From contig JBHGNT010000017.1 in assembly GCA_043228905.1 (NCBI GenBank), positions 7,192,001 to 7,256,000 of the forward strand: 64,000 bases of DNA. Direction: 5' to 3'. Each line of letters begins with the position of its first letter. Position 1 is the first letter of the stretch. The position numbers and the translations under genes were made by a program. The notes below the pieces were generated by a model. The model saw nothing but the letters and a program-made list of their open reading frames with translations, was not told the origin of the DNA and did not search any database. Of this stretch, positions 1-13,245 are shown in pieces. The stretch is from Azolla caroliniana (Eukaryota; Plantae; Polypodiophyta).

Positions 1-853
1 AATGAATTGAAGCTCTTCTTTGCTTGTAGTCACGACTGAAGTGCCCTTCTCCTCAGAAATTCTTCTAGGTTCGACATCATTTTAAACACCTTTATCTTTC
101 TTAAAGTGTCAATGGTCCTTCTAGAAGTGTCCAAGTTTTCCACAGTAGAAACATGTCAGTTTTCCTCTGGACTTGGATCTGGCCTGAGATTTGTCTCTGT
201 TCTATCAGTTCCTTTGCTTGGCTCTTCCTTTGTCAAAATGTTGTGCCACATTTGCCTCTGATTGGGACAGGACACCCTTGTCCTTCCTTCTTGTTTCCTC
301 GTTCAGGATACTTGTCTTTACCACTTGTAGAGACAGGTTTTCTTCTTGACACGAGGTACTGAGAGACACCACTAGATTCTCCCAACTATCCGGTAGAGCA
401 CATAGTAGTAGTAAGGCTTGCATTGCATCATCAAGTGGGAACTTTGCCACCGCAAGCTGATTCACCAACCCCATGAAGGTGTTAATGTGTACCTCCATGC
501 TTTCTCCATCTTTGTACTTCAGTCTCACGATCTTTCTCATCGGAGAGGTTTTGTTTAGGGCATTCTTCCTCTCGTACAACCCTGATAGTTTGTGCCACGT
601 TTCGTAGTCATTTGTGCTGTTAGCCAAGTGTTGTATGACACTCACATCTACACATTATCTTATAGTAGCCATTGCATTCCTGTTTAGGAGTTTCCACTTA
701 GACTCCAATACCCCTTGTGGATATTTCACTTCTGTCTATGTGTTCATACAGATCTTTGACTATCAGAAGACCCTCCATCTTGATCTTCCAGTCAGAGTAG
801 TTGTGTGAGTTCAGGACTATCATACCTGGAAAGCCGCTCACACTTCCTTCCAT
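1..853 (-). pseudogene. Ty1/copia gag (UBN2-type gag plus CCHC knuckle), degraded, runs off the window start
   Basis: ATG at 853 gives MEGSVSGFPGMIVLNSHNYSDWKIKME. ORF 205-645 contains LLLCALPDSWENLV. Knuckle CFYCGKLGHF near 120-153. Contains stops and frameshifts. Confidence 0.88.
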
Positions 854-866
854 TCTTGCACCTCAA

Positions 867-878
867 GCTATGATACCA
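867..878 (-). promoter_or_regulatory. Primer-binding site (tRNA-iMet) of the copia element
   Basis: Minus strand reads TGGTATCATAGC, 3 nt from the LTR end at 882. Confidence 0.8.
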
Positions 879-932
879 GTTTGTAGGCAACGGACCATAA
901 GTCTCTGAGAAAGATAAACTAGAAAGGCTAGA

Positions 933-3900
933 TGTAAGGTTAAAGATGTGCATGTGTGTTGTGCGCTCAAACATTTGTAAATATAAAAATAGGACTAAAC
1001 CCTAGTAACATTTGGCTGCGCACAAAGGGGTGCAAGCAAGGTTTGAACCTTGCACCTCCAAGATAGAAAACAAATTAACTTACCACTAAAGCTACTACTG
1101 AATGCTCTAAATTTTAAAAATACATTTTCTTTTCATATTCAGTATTCCATAGGAAACAAACATATAAAAACTGTGTGCACAAAACCATGGTTTTGGCATG
1201 GAGAGACCTATAAAAGCCTTTAGTTGGGCTTGTGTAAGGGGGGGAAGCTTTGTATTGAGTGAAGAAACTTCTAATAAAAATTCTAGTTATCTTATTAGTG
1301 ATGTGTCTCTCAAATTTGAAGTCAAGGGTTCAATCTCTCTCTCTCTCTCAATCTGTCTCAAAATTGGAGTCTTCGTCTCTCATTCTCTATCTCTATCTAT
1401 CTTAAATACTTTCTCGCTTACGCTAATACAAACTTCTAATCCTTCCGGTCTAGGACCCAGCGGTCCGACTTCATTTCGCGAACACGCGAGGATTTCCTTG
1501 ACATCTTTCTTGGTGAACCCGACGTGGAGAAGTGGTAGGAAGGATCAAGAAGAGGTTCGATTGATACTTGGATATGGAATCCTCGAGCAATCAAGAGGGA
1601 GAGTTCGAAAGGATGATGATAATCGTCGAACAAATGATGAGATCTCGAGACAACGATGCGAGCGTGGAGAAGATTGTTGATTGTGTCGTGGAGGCCATGG
1701 GTCAATTTCATGGAAGGAACATTACTAAGTTCCTTGATGCATACAAAAGGGAGACGAATCAAAGGGATGTGTCGGAAGCACGTCAAATCTCGAGTTTTAA
1801 GCGAGTTGTCGCCAACAACGTCCAAAGGCAGGTCATCGAGCTCCAAGAAGGGAAGACAACGTGGTTGGAGTTCGAAAAAGAAATATTAGTGGAGTTCGCG
1901 ACCGAGGATTTGTCGAAGATGACTCGACATGACTTGATGAACTGGATAGAGAAGAAGAATAAGAAGATGAGTGCCTCGAGGATGTATGACAAGTTCGACC
2001 ATATGTTTAGTCGTCTCCCCACCACGGATCAAGTGATGCTTGAGGAGGACAAGACTTTGTACTTCCTGAAAGTTGTGGATATGAAGGATAGACGAGAATT
2101 GGGGACTCTCCTCGAAGATGATACCCAAGTGAGCGGGCTTGTGGCAGACTGGACTGCGGTGAAGTGAGCGTGCAACAGGCTCGACAAGCGTCTTCAATGG
2201 CTTGATGGCATTGACTTGGTAAGGCCAAGCGTAGAAAAAACAAGACCATCTAAAGAAGTTGAGCCATCTAAACAAAGAAACTTGGATAAAAAGAAGATTG
2301 ATGATGTCTCAAGGATGGCGAAGGCCACTTCGAGAGAGGATGAATGTTTCTGAACATGCGTCATGTTCGAAACATCGGATGATGAAGGAGCAAGCCTAAT
2401 CGAGGCTTGCGTCAAGGGGGATAAAAGGTATGAGGCTAGCGTGATTGAGGATCTAACCACTAAAGACGACATCAAGGAGGTGGCTATCAACAAGACAACA
2501 AGGGTGGACGATGAACATGGTGAGACTTTCTCCACATTGGTTCTAGAGACTTGGGCAATTGCGTCTGAGAACCAACATAAGACCCAGGAGACGGAAGGTG
2601 ACGACGAGGGGAAACTTAAAGCCTATGTGAAAGACGACATTCGAACAAAGGTGTCAGAGGCAGTTGACCAAAGAAAAATGGATTCCTTTACACATGTTCT
2701 GGAGACTTGAGCAGTTGCAACCGAGAGCCAACATGAGACCCAAGAGATGGAAGGTGGCGAAAAAGGGAAGGACCAAGATGGTGTGCACAACAACGAGGCT
2801 GAGCAAAGCATGGAAAGGGATGACGATGGCCAAGTGGGCCATGTGGATCCAAAGGAGGTGATCATGGCATCTATCGTGGAGAACAATAGGTGCGAAGCCT
2901 ATACGATTGACGAAGAAGCCACAAACGACAAGGTCAAGGAGGTGGGTGTGAACATCACAACGAGCACAAACAATGAACTCGACGAGATTTTCTCCACACT
3001 TGTTCCAGAAACTTGTGCAGTTGCATCCGAGAACCAACATGAGACCCAAGAGACAGAAGGTGGCGGCGAGGAACTAAAGGTCGGAGATGATAAATGCGAC
3101 GAAGAGAGAAGCATAATCAAGGCTTTCTCAATCAAGAGGGTCAATGGGTACGAGGCCCATGAGTTTGATGAGATAGCCATGGAGAATGACTTCAAGGCGA
3201 AGATGGTGAATGGCCATGAAGAGACTTTGCCCACACTAGTTCCATAAACTTGGGTAGTTGTTTTGAGAACCAACATAAGACCCAAGAGACGAAAGGTGGC
3301 AACGAGGGGAAGTTCAAATCCGATGTGAAAGATGACATCAAGGCAAAGGTGTCAGAGGCAATTGACCAAAGACAAATGGATTCCTTCGCACATTCACTAG
3401 AGACTAGGGCAATTGCATTTCAAAGCCAACGTGAGAACCAAGAGACAGAAGGTGATGGTGGGGAAGTGAAGGTCGATGTTGGGGCGCGACCGCCAAATAC
3501 ATATGGATCACTCCACACTCATTCTGAAGACTTGGGCATTAACCGATCTAAGACCCAAGAGAAGGACGGTGATGGTGAGGAAGCAAGGTTGAAACTGATG
3601 TGTGGGAGAAAGAGATCAAGCAAAGCACATCGACGAAAGTTGATGCGTGCAACAAAGAGTCTGAGCAAAGTATGACAAGGGATGACGATGACCAAGTGAA
3701 CCATGAGGATCCAAAGGATGTGATCAAAATATCTAACAAAGACATCAGTGTGAAGATTGTCAACTCTAACATGAGATTGTACCATGAAAGTGGACAAAGT
3801 GAGAAACACAAAGCATGGTCGTGTAAAGATCTCGAAGTGGGCATGCACTTGAAGGTACTACATGGGGTAGTCAAAGTCATTATTCAGATACAGACTTGGG

Positions 3901-4962
3901 GAGAAAGACACAAAACAAAAATGTGTGATGGGTCAAAGTTTGTGGGGCAAGGAGACGTTCGGGACAAAGGTGGAACATGCATAAAGCCTAAACGGTTATG
4001 CTTGGAAGGAGAACAAGGGGCAATAACAACGAGTCATGGTAAAGCAAAGAATGAGCGAATGATATGGTGGATTGGGTGGCGACAATGGTTCGAGTGAAAG
4101 GAATGGACATGCTCGAGATGGATGAATCTTAGTGATCACCGTAGTGGAAATCTCACACTCTCTTCTGGGAACGTACCAGAGGATGTGCGGTTTGGTGGGG
4201 GTGGATGTCATGAAGATTTTCGGCAACGGTGTGAAAATCGTGAGGAATGGACAAAATCGAGAAGGTGCAATGTGCACGTGTGGAAGGGATGATGGTCACA
4301 CACATATGCTAGCATGTTGTAAATAGGAACGGAATGAGAATTGGAAAAGAAAGGCTAGATGTCAGGTTAAACATGTGCACGTGTGATGTGCGCTCAAAAC
4401 ATTTGTAAATATAAAAATAGGGCTAAAGCCAAGTAACATTTGACTGCATACAAAGGGGTGCAAGCAAGGTTTGAACCTTGCACCTCCAAGATAGGAGACA
4501 AATTCACTTACCACTACAGCTACTACTAAATCCTTTAATTTTGTACATTTTCTTTTCATATTCAGTATTCCATAGGAAACAAACATATAAAAACCGTGTG
4601 CACAAAACCATGGTTTTAGCCCCAAGTTTTAGCCCATGGTTTTGGCATGGAGAGACCTATAAAAGCCTTTAGTTGGGCTTATGTAAGGGAGGGAAGCTAT
4701 GTATTGAAAAAACTTTTAATAAAAAATCTAGTTATCTTATTGGCGATGTATCTTGTCTCTCAAAATTGAAGTCAAGGGTTCAATCTCTCTCTCTCTCTCT
4801 CTCAGTCTGTCTTAAAATTGGAATCTTCATCTCTCAATCTCTCTCTCTATCTATCTATCTTAAATACTTTCTCGCTTACGATAGTACAAACTTTGAATCC
4901 TTCCGGTCCAAGACCCTGGCGGTCCCGCTTCATTTTGCGAACACACGAGGATTTCCTCGACA
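933..4962 (+). mobile_element. Non-autonomous LTR retroelement (gypsy-type gag, no pol); LTRs 933-1503 and 4360-4962
   Basis: Two similar direct repeats of about 570-600 bp with TG...CA ends. PBS TGGTGAACCCGACGTG at 1511-1526. Purine tract GGAAAAGAAAGG before 4360. No PR, RT, RH or IN motifs inside. Confidence 0.88.
1568..4326 (+). pseudogene. Decayed gag followed by a long acidic, repetitive extension
   Basis: 1568-2167 is gag-like (GQFHGRNITKFLDAY). ORFs at 1568, 2363 and 2747 are in the same frame, separated by single stops, with frameshifts further on. Confidence 0.7.
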
Positions 4963-5363
4963 ACGTGGAAAACAGAAAAATAGTAAATCGATAGAGAATA
5001 AAACAGTATACATGTTTTATGTGGAAACCCTAAACAAGGGGAAAACCACGAGCAACAGATCTTCACTATAAATAGGAAAGAAAAATAGATTATAGATCTC
5101 TGTAATCAAAGAATACCCACTTATGGTTTTTGGCTAGTTCCACTAAACTAACCTCTCTCTATCTCTCACACACTCTCGCGTCTCTTCCTACTCTCTATCA
5201 CCCTCAAACTTCTGCACACACTATAGCTCTATTACACTCTTTTTCACTCTTTTTCACTCTTTACATCATAATGGTTGCCCTAGGTGTATCTATACTCATA
5301 CACAGTATGGGCTATTTACAAATGTAGCTATTATTATTATATATAATGTATATAATAATTAAT

Positions 5364-5463
5364 CGACCCGACTTGTCGGCCTTGTCTTCAACCATCCAGC
5401 CAACCCAACTTGTCGGCCTTGTCTTCGACCATTCGGTCAGCCCGACTTGTCGGCCTTGTCTTC
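5364..5463. repeat. About 3 copies of a ~37-bp tandem unit (CCCGACTTGTCGGCCTTGTCTTC core) inside the copia LTR
   Basis: Three copies of ACTTGTCGGCCTTGTCTTC are directly visible. Confidence 0.85.
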
Positions 5464-6099
5464 CTCTTGAAGCATCCATCCGATGGAGTCGACTCTCTAT
5501 TTCCTTTAAAAAAAACCAGTCGATGACCTTGTTGACTCGTTGGTCGATCCAATTGACCATCCTGTATTCAACTTGTCGATTCGACTGTCAACTTCTTCCT
5601 TTCAGTTCAACTGTCAACTTCTCCCATAGGAGGGAAAAAATCCTAGCATCATGCTCATTCCACAATATCTCCTTCTCTTTCCTTAAGTTAAAGCATTACC
5701 TTGATTCCTTGTCTATTTTAAGGTATGGTTTCTTGTTTCAACAAAGACATGTTTCCCTAGGTTTAGGCAAAATGGAGCCCCCTATATTGGGATACTTTTT
5801 CATGTGCAATGTTCACATTTTGTCTCCCTGTAATGAGATACTTCCATTTGCAATCTCCATCCTACTATATAACATAATTAGCAATCCATAGACCACATAA
5901 CACCTAATCTTCATGATATTATACCCTAATATTCACTTTATAGTATGCACCATGTTCTAGACCCTAATAACCATATTGTTCTTCTAATTACGTTTGTTCA
6001 CAACCTTCTTAGCCTTCGCAATAATGTACTTCTTTTATTAATCCCTACCCTTGTAAGTTATTGAATGATCCCCTAACCATTCTCTCGCTTCCTCTCTTC

Positions 6100-6790
6100 C
6101 TCTTCTTGCATCAAATATGTTGTATGCTTGGCCTTGAGTGAGATGCCCTTGAATGGGATGTAATTCCTTTGTACTAGGTGGTGTGCTTGTACATGGATTA
6201 TATTGAAACACTCAAGAAAAGGGTACTAAAAGTGGGGTAACATTAATTACGAGTGGCCTTGGGAATAAATGTATGCACAAAAAGATACATAAGAGGAGGT
6301 TGTTGATACTCTTGCTATGCGACATGGTTTGATACAAAAACATTTATATCTTTGAATCCACAAATAGAGACTAATAAATCTGAAATATGACAATTGGTAC
6401 GTAGACGGTAGTATCACAACTTGATATATTTGGAAGGCTAGATGTTTGAAGGTATTCTCAAATGTGACTAAAAGACCTGCCCAGATAATTTCTAGGATTT
6501 GGACAAATATTGTACATAATCTCAAAGGTTCTTTGGATAACATAAAAAATAATACGAAACAACCGGAGCTCAAAGGACTGGAATTTTATGCCATATGGAA
6601 GAACAGAATATTTTATAGAAGGATTTTTTATAAGGTGGAGTGGTTCTACTCTACACCAAAGTATTTTTTTAAGCCGACAATTAGAACTTAGAAAGGGGCT
6701 CATTACCGCAATGTACATCTTTTATGTATAGTCTTATGGCGCTTCTATGTTACTAATGTAGAATCTTTTTTGGAAAAAGAATAAGAAGAA
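6100..6790 (+). mobile_element. 5'-truncated, decayed LINE ORF2 3' end
   Basis: YIWKARCLKVF (the W-x-IW-xx-R motif of L1 ORF2 C-termini) near 6425, continuing into ORF 6446-6691. A-rich tail at about 6773-6790. Confidence 0.55.
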
Positions 6791-9700
6791 GTTTGCATGC
6801 ACTTCTCCACTAGTTCTTATGGGATTTTCCCACTCCTAACCTAGAGTGTCACTCTATACTTCCAAAGCACGAGTGCCCCCAACACCCTTGATAGTCGTCT
6901 TAAGAAGAGTATTCTATGAGATTTACAAGCTTTATTTCCAGACCCTCTTGGCCAAGAAGTCCTTGAATATGTTAATCGAGTATATTGCTTGAAACAATGA
7001 AATGTGAACTAGATTAAATAATACGACAGTTGACCTAATCACATTGCATTCATAAACATAAAAACCTAAGCTATATTGCAATGAGGGTGAAGCTATAACC
7101 TCACATGGAAACGAATGTCAAAGGTGTATAGAATGTGCAATATTGAAAAAATAAGACGTTTATTGTAGTTGGTGCACTGAAGGCTAGATAATTCTTGTTA
7201 TTCTTAAACTAGCTTTTGGAGTAAATTGTTAGCAATGAGCACATGAAGAACAATATATAAATAGTGAAACATGTCCTTGCACACATCATTGACATATATG
7301 GAACATTGAAATCCATGCTCGTGCATTCCACTTTCTTTGCTCACAAATATTTAAAATTTCCATTCATTAGTTCTTGTGTTTCACAATGCTTGTTAATGAA
7401 GGAGAGAACATCCTTACTTTCTTGTCATGGAATTCGTCGAAGAAATGAGTATTTTATTACACATGGATTTATATGTCACTATCTCAATGACAGGAGCAAC
7501 CAAAGTGTCAGATAACACATTGGTGGTGACAATGTTCGTGTCAAACGTAAATGATTGGATGACATTGGAATAACTTCTACAGTACCTTGTAGTATAGAAT
7601 TGTAAATTGAACTTTAAATTGATCGAGTATGAAAAAAAAATATCCTTGGCATTTCGTCTAACACTTACGAACTCAAGGATGTCAAACTGACCATGACACC
7701 TAAAGGAGAGATCGCTTGGAAGCTTTGCATTTTGTTGAAGGATAAATTATTTTTTCAAACTCTACTTTTGGCCCACATTTGGCACTAGTATTGCAAAAGA
7801 AATCAAGAAAAAGTATCATACGTCTCAAAATAGACATTGGACATTGCTTTTGGTTGAGAAAGAACATGGGGTTGTTGGCATGTAGGAAAAAGCATGATTC
7901 CTTGGCTTTCATCGTCAATAAAAGTCTTACAATTAACCAACTCTTTCAAAAATCATGAACCCTTTTAGTAATCTTTGGGAAACCTAGAAACAAGGGTTGG
8001 GACCAACACGAGTTTGGTTCTACAATTTAAGCTTGTAAGAGGATGTCTTTAAATTAATTGACCATTTTAGAGATTTAGAATCCTTGTTCTAATCCTCAAG
8101 AAATCTAGAAATAGGAGTTGGAACAAATTACTCCAATATTGGTTATGCATTACCTTCTACTAGATAGTTTAACGGGGATAATGATATGCGAAGGGAAAGA
8201 AAGTTGTTGAATGAGTTAACAATTTTTAACGGAAAAAAGGGTTTCTAACTTATTGAGCTCACGATTTACTTTTATTATGGTTCTCTCATTTGGCATGCAT
8301 ACATTTGTGCATGTCATTTCACACTCGAGGAATGTGGATTTGTGGAACAATAATCGAGAAGAAATCCAAGTTTATTGTCCTTTGCAATCTGATTTCTTTC
8401 AGATTCAGCTCACATTTATGTTTGGAAATCAAAGATATACATATCTATTCTAAATTAATTTGATGTTTTAGAATAAAACGATCAGAAATATCGAGATATC
8501 TTGCAATATATTAAATTTATAAAGGACCTCAAGTTTTGAGAGAATTTGTTAAGTTTCGGACAATGAGTTGGATATAAAGCTAGCTATCCAGACAAAACAT
8601 GCAAGGCATGTCGTTGAAAAGTGGGCCACGGATGATGAAAGTTTCGTGTTGAGAATACCCTATAAGTGAATCGTAAAGTGTGTTGGTGGGACCAAAGGAT
8701 TCTTTTTAGCGTTCAAATATCCATGCCTTTAGTGTCATTCCAACTCAAAACATGTATAAAAGATGAGTCGAATCATTCTAAGAGCCTTTTAAGATAATAA
8801 AGGAAAACTTTTGCTTTGGGCTTGCCCATGTTAATCCCTTGGAAGATAAACCTAATCACTTTATGAACCTTTTAATTTTCAGTTTATTCCTTTTCTTTGA
8901 CAATAAATTTCTATAGTAAACGAAAAACATTTCCGCATTGCCATTGTAGCCAATAATGCCCTTTGAAAAGTATGTTTTTTGGTATGTTGTGACACTTCTT
9001 AGCCACTCTGGAGTCTGGATTTGTTCAATCTAGTCTTTAATTAGCTACTTTCTCTTTAAAGGATATCTCTAAATTTGTAGGTTAAAATTATGTACATACC
9101 AAGGAACGTATCCCTAAAGGTCTCAACTCTCACCTAGGCTTAAGTGTCACTCATAGTCACAGAAAGCACACCTATGGCCTCTTGAAGATTGGCTTACAAA
9201 TAATAATAATGCTCAATGATGTGGTGTAGTTGAATGCCTTGAGGATCGCAAACAAAATCTTATGCTAAAATCGATAATGCACCAAGACCTTCTTAAAGAC
9301 GATTTAATGTTTGGAAATCATTTCTTATTAATGACAACAATAATGGAAGCATTTACTTTTTTACCAATGGCATCATCATGCGGCTCTCTATTATTTCCCT
9401 CCAAATCGAAACCTAAAGAATTAACCAATGTATAACTACACGAGAAATACATTACCAAAGGTCGAAGAACATAATTGGAATCAAACATTTCTACGTTATT
9501 ACATTTTGAGGGTGTTTCACCTCACATCGAGGTTTACGACCAATAATATAATGCAATTGCTAGAAGCAAAAAGAATAAAAGAAGAAGAAGGTAAATTTTG
9601 TTTGTTTGTGTGTGTTTTGGAAGACAGAGTGGAGAAAACGATGAGCAATGTTACTTACATGTAGCCAAGATTCGAGCAAGTCGTGCATACATGTGTATGA

Positions 9701-12700
9701 ACACTTTGATCACACGACAATCTAGGGAGATCGAACCAAAGGAGGAGGATGGACGTGTGAGGAGGCCCAACATGCAACTGGCGAGGGAACTGGCGACCCC
9801 ACCACTATTGTTGGTTGGTTATTTGGTTGGTTTTAAATCATTAGAAAATAAGAGAATGAAGTGGGTAGTGATGGAGATGTAGGAACTAGGTTATGCAAGT
9901 AAGTACATAGACATGAATGTGGGGAAAGTGTGATAGAGTATGTCCGGACACGTGTGAAAGGGAAGGCCAGTCGGTCATTGGGACCGTCAATCTTAGTGCC
10001 AGTTTTGTCCGGACAAAAGGACGGATAACTTTGGGTAGTGTGAACGCTAGTCTCAATCTCTCCTATTCAGTCAAAATTTCAGTACCCTTTTTTTTTTTGT
10101 TTTTACTTAATTGTTGAGAACTTGTGAGAGCTCGGACTCAAAAAAGAGAGATTCACATGTTTCCAAAATTTTGAGCATTGAATAGCCACCCTACCCTCGC
10201 TTTCACACTACAATACACACAAAAGAAGAGGGATCTCTTTATCATAGAGGCCATTCATGTGCATTGTGCTCCTCACCACCACTCCTTACTACTGCTACTA
10301 TGGCTACTACTATTACTATTACTACTACTAATGACCACTTCATCTAATGCTCATTATACTCAAAGCCCATCACGTTCCATTGCATCCATGGTGTGTATTC
10401 TCACTATCTATGCTAATTTATCGAATTTCACCTTCTAGGTATGGGATTGGTCTTCTAACTTTTAAGGCATATGTCGCTTGCTCTTCTTAAGGGGAGGGGG
10501 ACTACTCGTCTCAGGATATACAGTTGGAAACAAAAGTTGATAGCAAATCAACACCTTCCCATCAAGTACAAGCTATAATATTTTTTGTCGGAAAGCATGT
10601 GGGAAACCTTACATATGTAAACTGCTTTTCGGATTTCCGTAAATCAATCCTGCCTAAGAAACGTGGAAATTTTTGGGCGAGAATTTAGGTACTGACAACA
10701 TTTTAAACATCAAGAAATGATGGGTGCTTGCCTTGTTTTACCTCTAAACTATAAAGGGGAGTGTTTCAAGCTAAACCCATTATCGTCGGATGTTGAATCT
10801 AGTTATACGGATGGTTAGTCAAATGCGATAAAAAAACTTGCAAAATTGATTTCGAGAATATGGGGTTTCCTTTCTATATATAAAATAATAGAAGCAAGAA
10901 GGTAGCAAAAGTTGTACATATTTCCATCAGAAACTGTTCCCCTTATAAATATTTCTAATCGGCAAGTTTCAAAAATTAAACCAACATTTTAATGAATGAG
11001 GCCACCTTTTCCCCCAATCACTATTTTGCGTTGACGTGCAAGAGGGCAATGAAATGAATGATAATTGTCGTCATTAAATTGCGTAAATGGGAGGCAATGA
11101 CATTCCATCAAACGTAGAAAATACAGAAACCATGACAAAGTTATTTTCCCACATCCATGTCATCATCATTTGATGTATAGCTTGCTCACATTGCTTGCAT
11201 CAAGACCTAGTTGGACATTACATCTCAAGAGTGAAAAATGTATGGACATCCATACATCTTCCAAATGAGGGATGACATGAGTGTCGATGACGATGTTTTC
11301 TAGGTTTTTCAGTGAAGTCGAGTTGGAATAACAAGAAGGAAGACCTAATTGTGACACTTAAACTCTTGAATAGTGAGTGGCTACTAGGTTATCTTCATGC
11401 GACCTAGATAGGCATAGCCATGCAAAGCCGATTGAAAGGGGAACTCTACTCTATCGATGGGCTCTTGATTTTTTACTTTAATATATCTTAGTGTTGCAGT
11501 TGCTGACGAGAATTGTCATCTCATGTAATAGGAATGCGAATTGTCATCCCATGTAAAAACACCACATCTCAATTTGTTTAGGTCTTCTCAGCTTTTATCA
11601 CACCTCATGTCATAATTTGCGCTTTTAAAGTGATTGGACATCTTGTATTTTCTATGGCTAAGTATCTAGCCTAAATATTCACAAAAGGCAAGGAGGAATT
11701 TGGTTGTCTTCTACATCCACCACATTAATATTTATTCACGTACATTATCGTAATGCCACATCTGCCGACAATTTTTATCAAACGAGTCGTTTTTTTTTTT
11801 CAAGTTAAGATTCCTTTGGAAGATCCGACGAATAAGTTTCATTGAGGCAGAGAAGCTTTATTGTCTTCAAGTGCATGCAATGAATGGGTGAATGGAGAGA
11901 GAGAGAGAGAGTAATGTGATCTATAGGACAAGGCCAAACAAACCTATGGGTCAAATCCTAAGATCAAAGTTGAATTTCCAAATACCACGACTTTGATGCA
12001 ATTGTGTAAAATCGCAAAACCACCAACTAGAGGGAGAGATCATTATGTGTGTGTGTGTAATATTTACGCCACACATAGCACCTTAAAAAGGCATGTGTGT
12101 GTAATATTTATGCCACACACACACACACATATATATGTACCTTAACACCTTAATAGAAGAACGATATGATGGAACATGGGAAAATCCACTTCTCACGATG
12201 GTGCCACAGAGGCACAAATGCGAACACGAATGCCTTTCAGACTTGTTCGCAATTGGTAGATATGATAATAAGAAGAATTTGATCGAGCGTTTTCGAGGAG
12301 AGACGATGAGGTTTCGAATTGGGGGGGATCAACACGTGATCATCAATGGTGAATAGGTGGACATGGTGGGCGAGGTTTGACCGGGAGGCTAGCTAATATG
12401 TACATATACATACATACATATATTATTACATGTATCATGTATGTATGTATGTATATGCATGCATGCATGCATGCATGTATGTATATATCATTATGGTGGT
12501 GGGTGAGACTCAGGCGTCACGTGAGAGACAAGAAAGGCAAAAAGCAAAAGCAAAAGCAAAAGCCATGGACTATATACATATGTATGTATAGCCAGACATG
12601 GCTACAAGTTACAGGTAAACCAAATGCCCCCGGAACTTTATACATATTTATATGTGCATATTTGTATATGTATATAGTCTTATAAATAAATAAATAGAAG

Positions 12701-12758
12701 AAAATTTAGGGGTGGGGGAAACAAAAAGAAAAAATGCCTCTAACTTTAGCCCCCACCT

Positions 12759-12767
<9 letters not shown>

Positions 12768-12808
<41 letters not shown>

Positions 12809-13181
12809 GTCTCTATTCCTCTTCTCCTGTCTCTGTCCCTGTCTCTGCAGAACCAATTCTCTCTCTCTCTCTATCTCTCTCTCTCTCTCTCTCTCTCCTG
12901 CATCCCCCAGAGACCATCTCTATCCCTGTCAGTCATCAAACAATCCAAGCTTCCATTAATATATACTCTGAACCCTATCAATCCACTTGATATACCCCCC
13001 CAATCTCTCTCTCTCTCTCTCTCTCTCCTTCTTCTTCCTCTTCCATACACACATTCGCCCATCATCATGAACCCAACATACATATATCCCTCCCAAATTC
13101 TCATAGTTTCTTCATAATCGAAGACCCTCCCAAACAAGGACATAGAAAGGAGGGAAGACAAAGAAGAAGAAGAAGAAGAAG

Positions 13182-13210
<29 letters not shown>
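12768..13210. repeat. (TC)n tracts and (GAA)n microsatellite in the proximal promoter/5'UTR of the DUF936 gene
   Basis: Several TC runs at 12768-13027 and a GAA run at about 13161-13210. Confidence 0.9.
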
Positions 13211-13212
<2 letters not shown>

Positions 13213-13245
13213 CGTCTTGGAGTTTTTTCTTTTTTGTAAGCTTCC

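Larger units (their letters stand above)
882..5664 (-). mobile_element. Copia 5' LTR (882-932 plus 4963 to about 5651/5664), interrupted by the element at 933-4962
   Basis: TG at 882 next to the PBS. After 4962 are copia U5-like motifs (GTGGAAACCC...GGGAAAACCAC). Shares short motifs with the solo LTR at 61108. Distal end is uncertain. Confidence 0.6.

Noticed and set aside
1028-1100. Functional tRNA gene
   Set aside because: Acceptor, anticodon and T stems do not pair properly; reported only as a Pol III-promoter-like motif.
8940-9240. Possible decayed Ulp1-like protease (LWSL..., N..*CGV) from a MULE/CACTA relic
   Set aside because: Only two weak, stop-interrupted motifs and no TIR or TSD; an HMM search would be needed.
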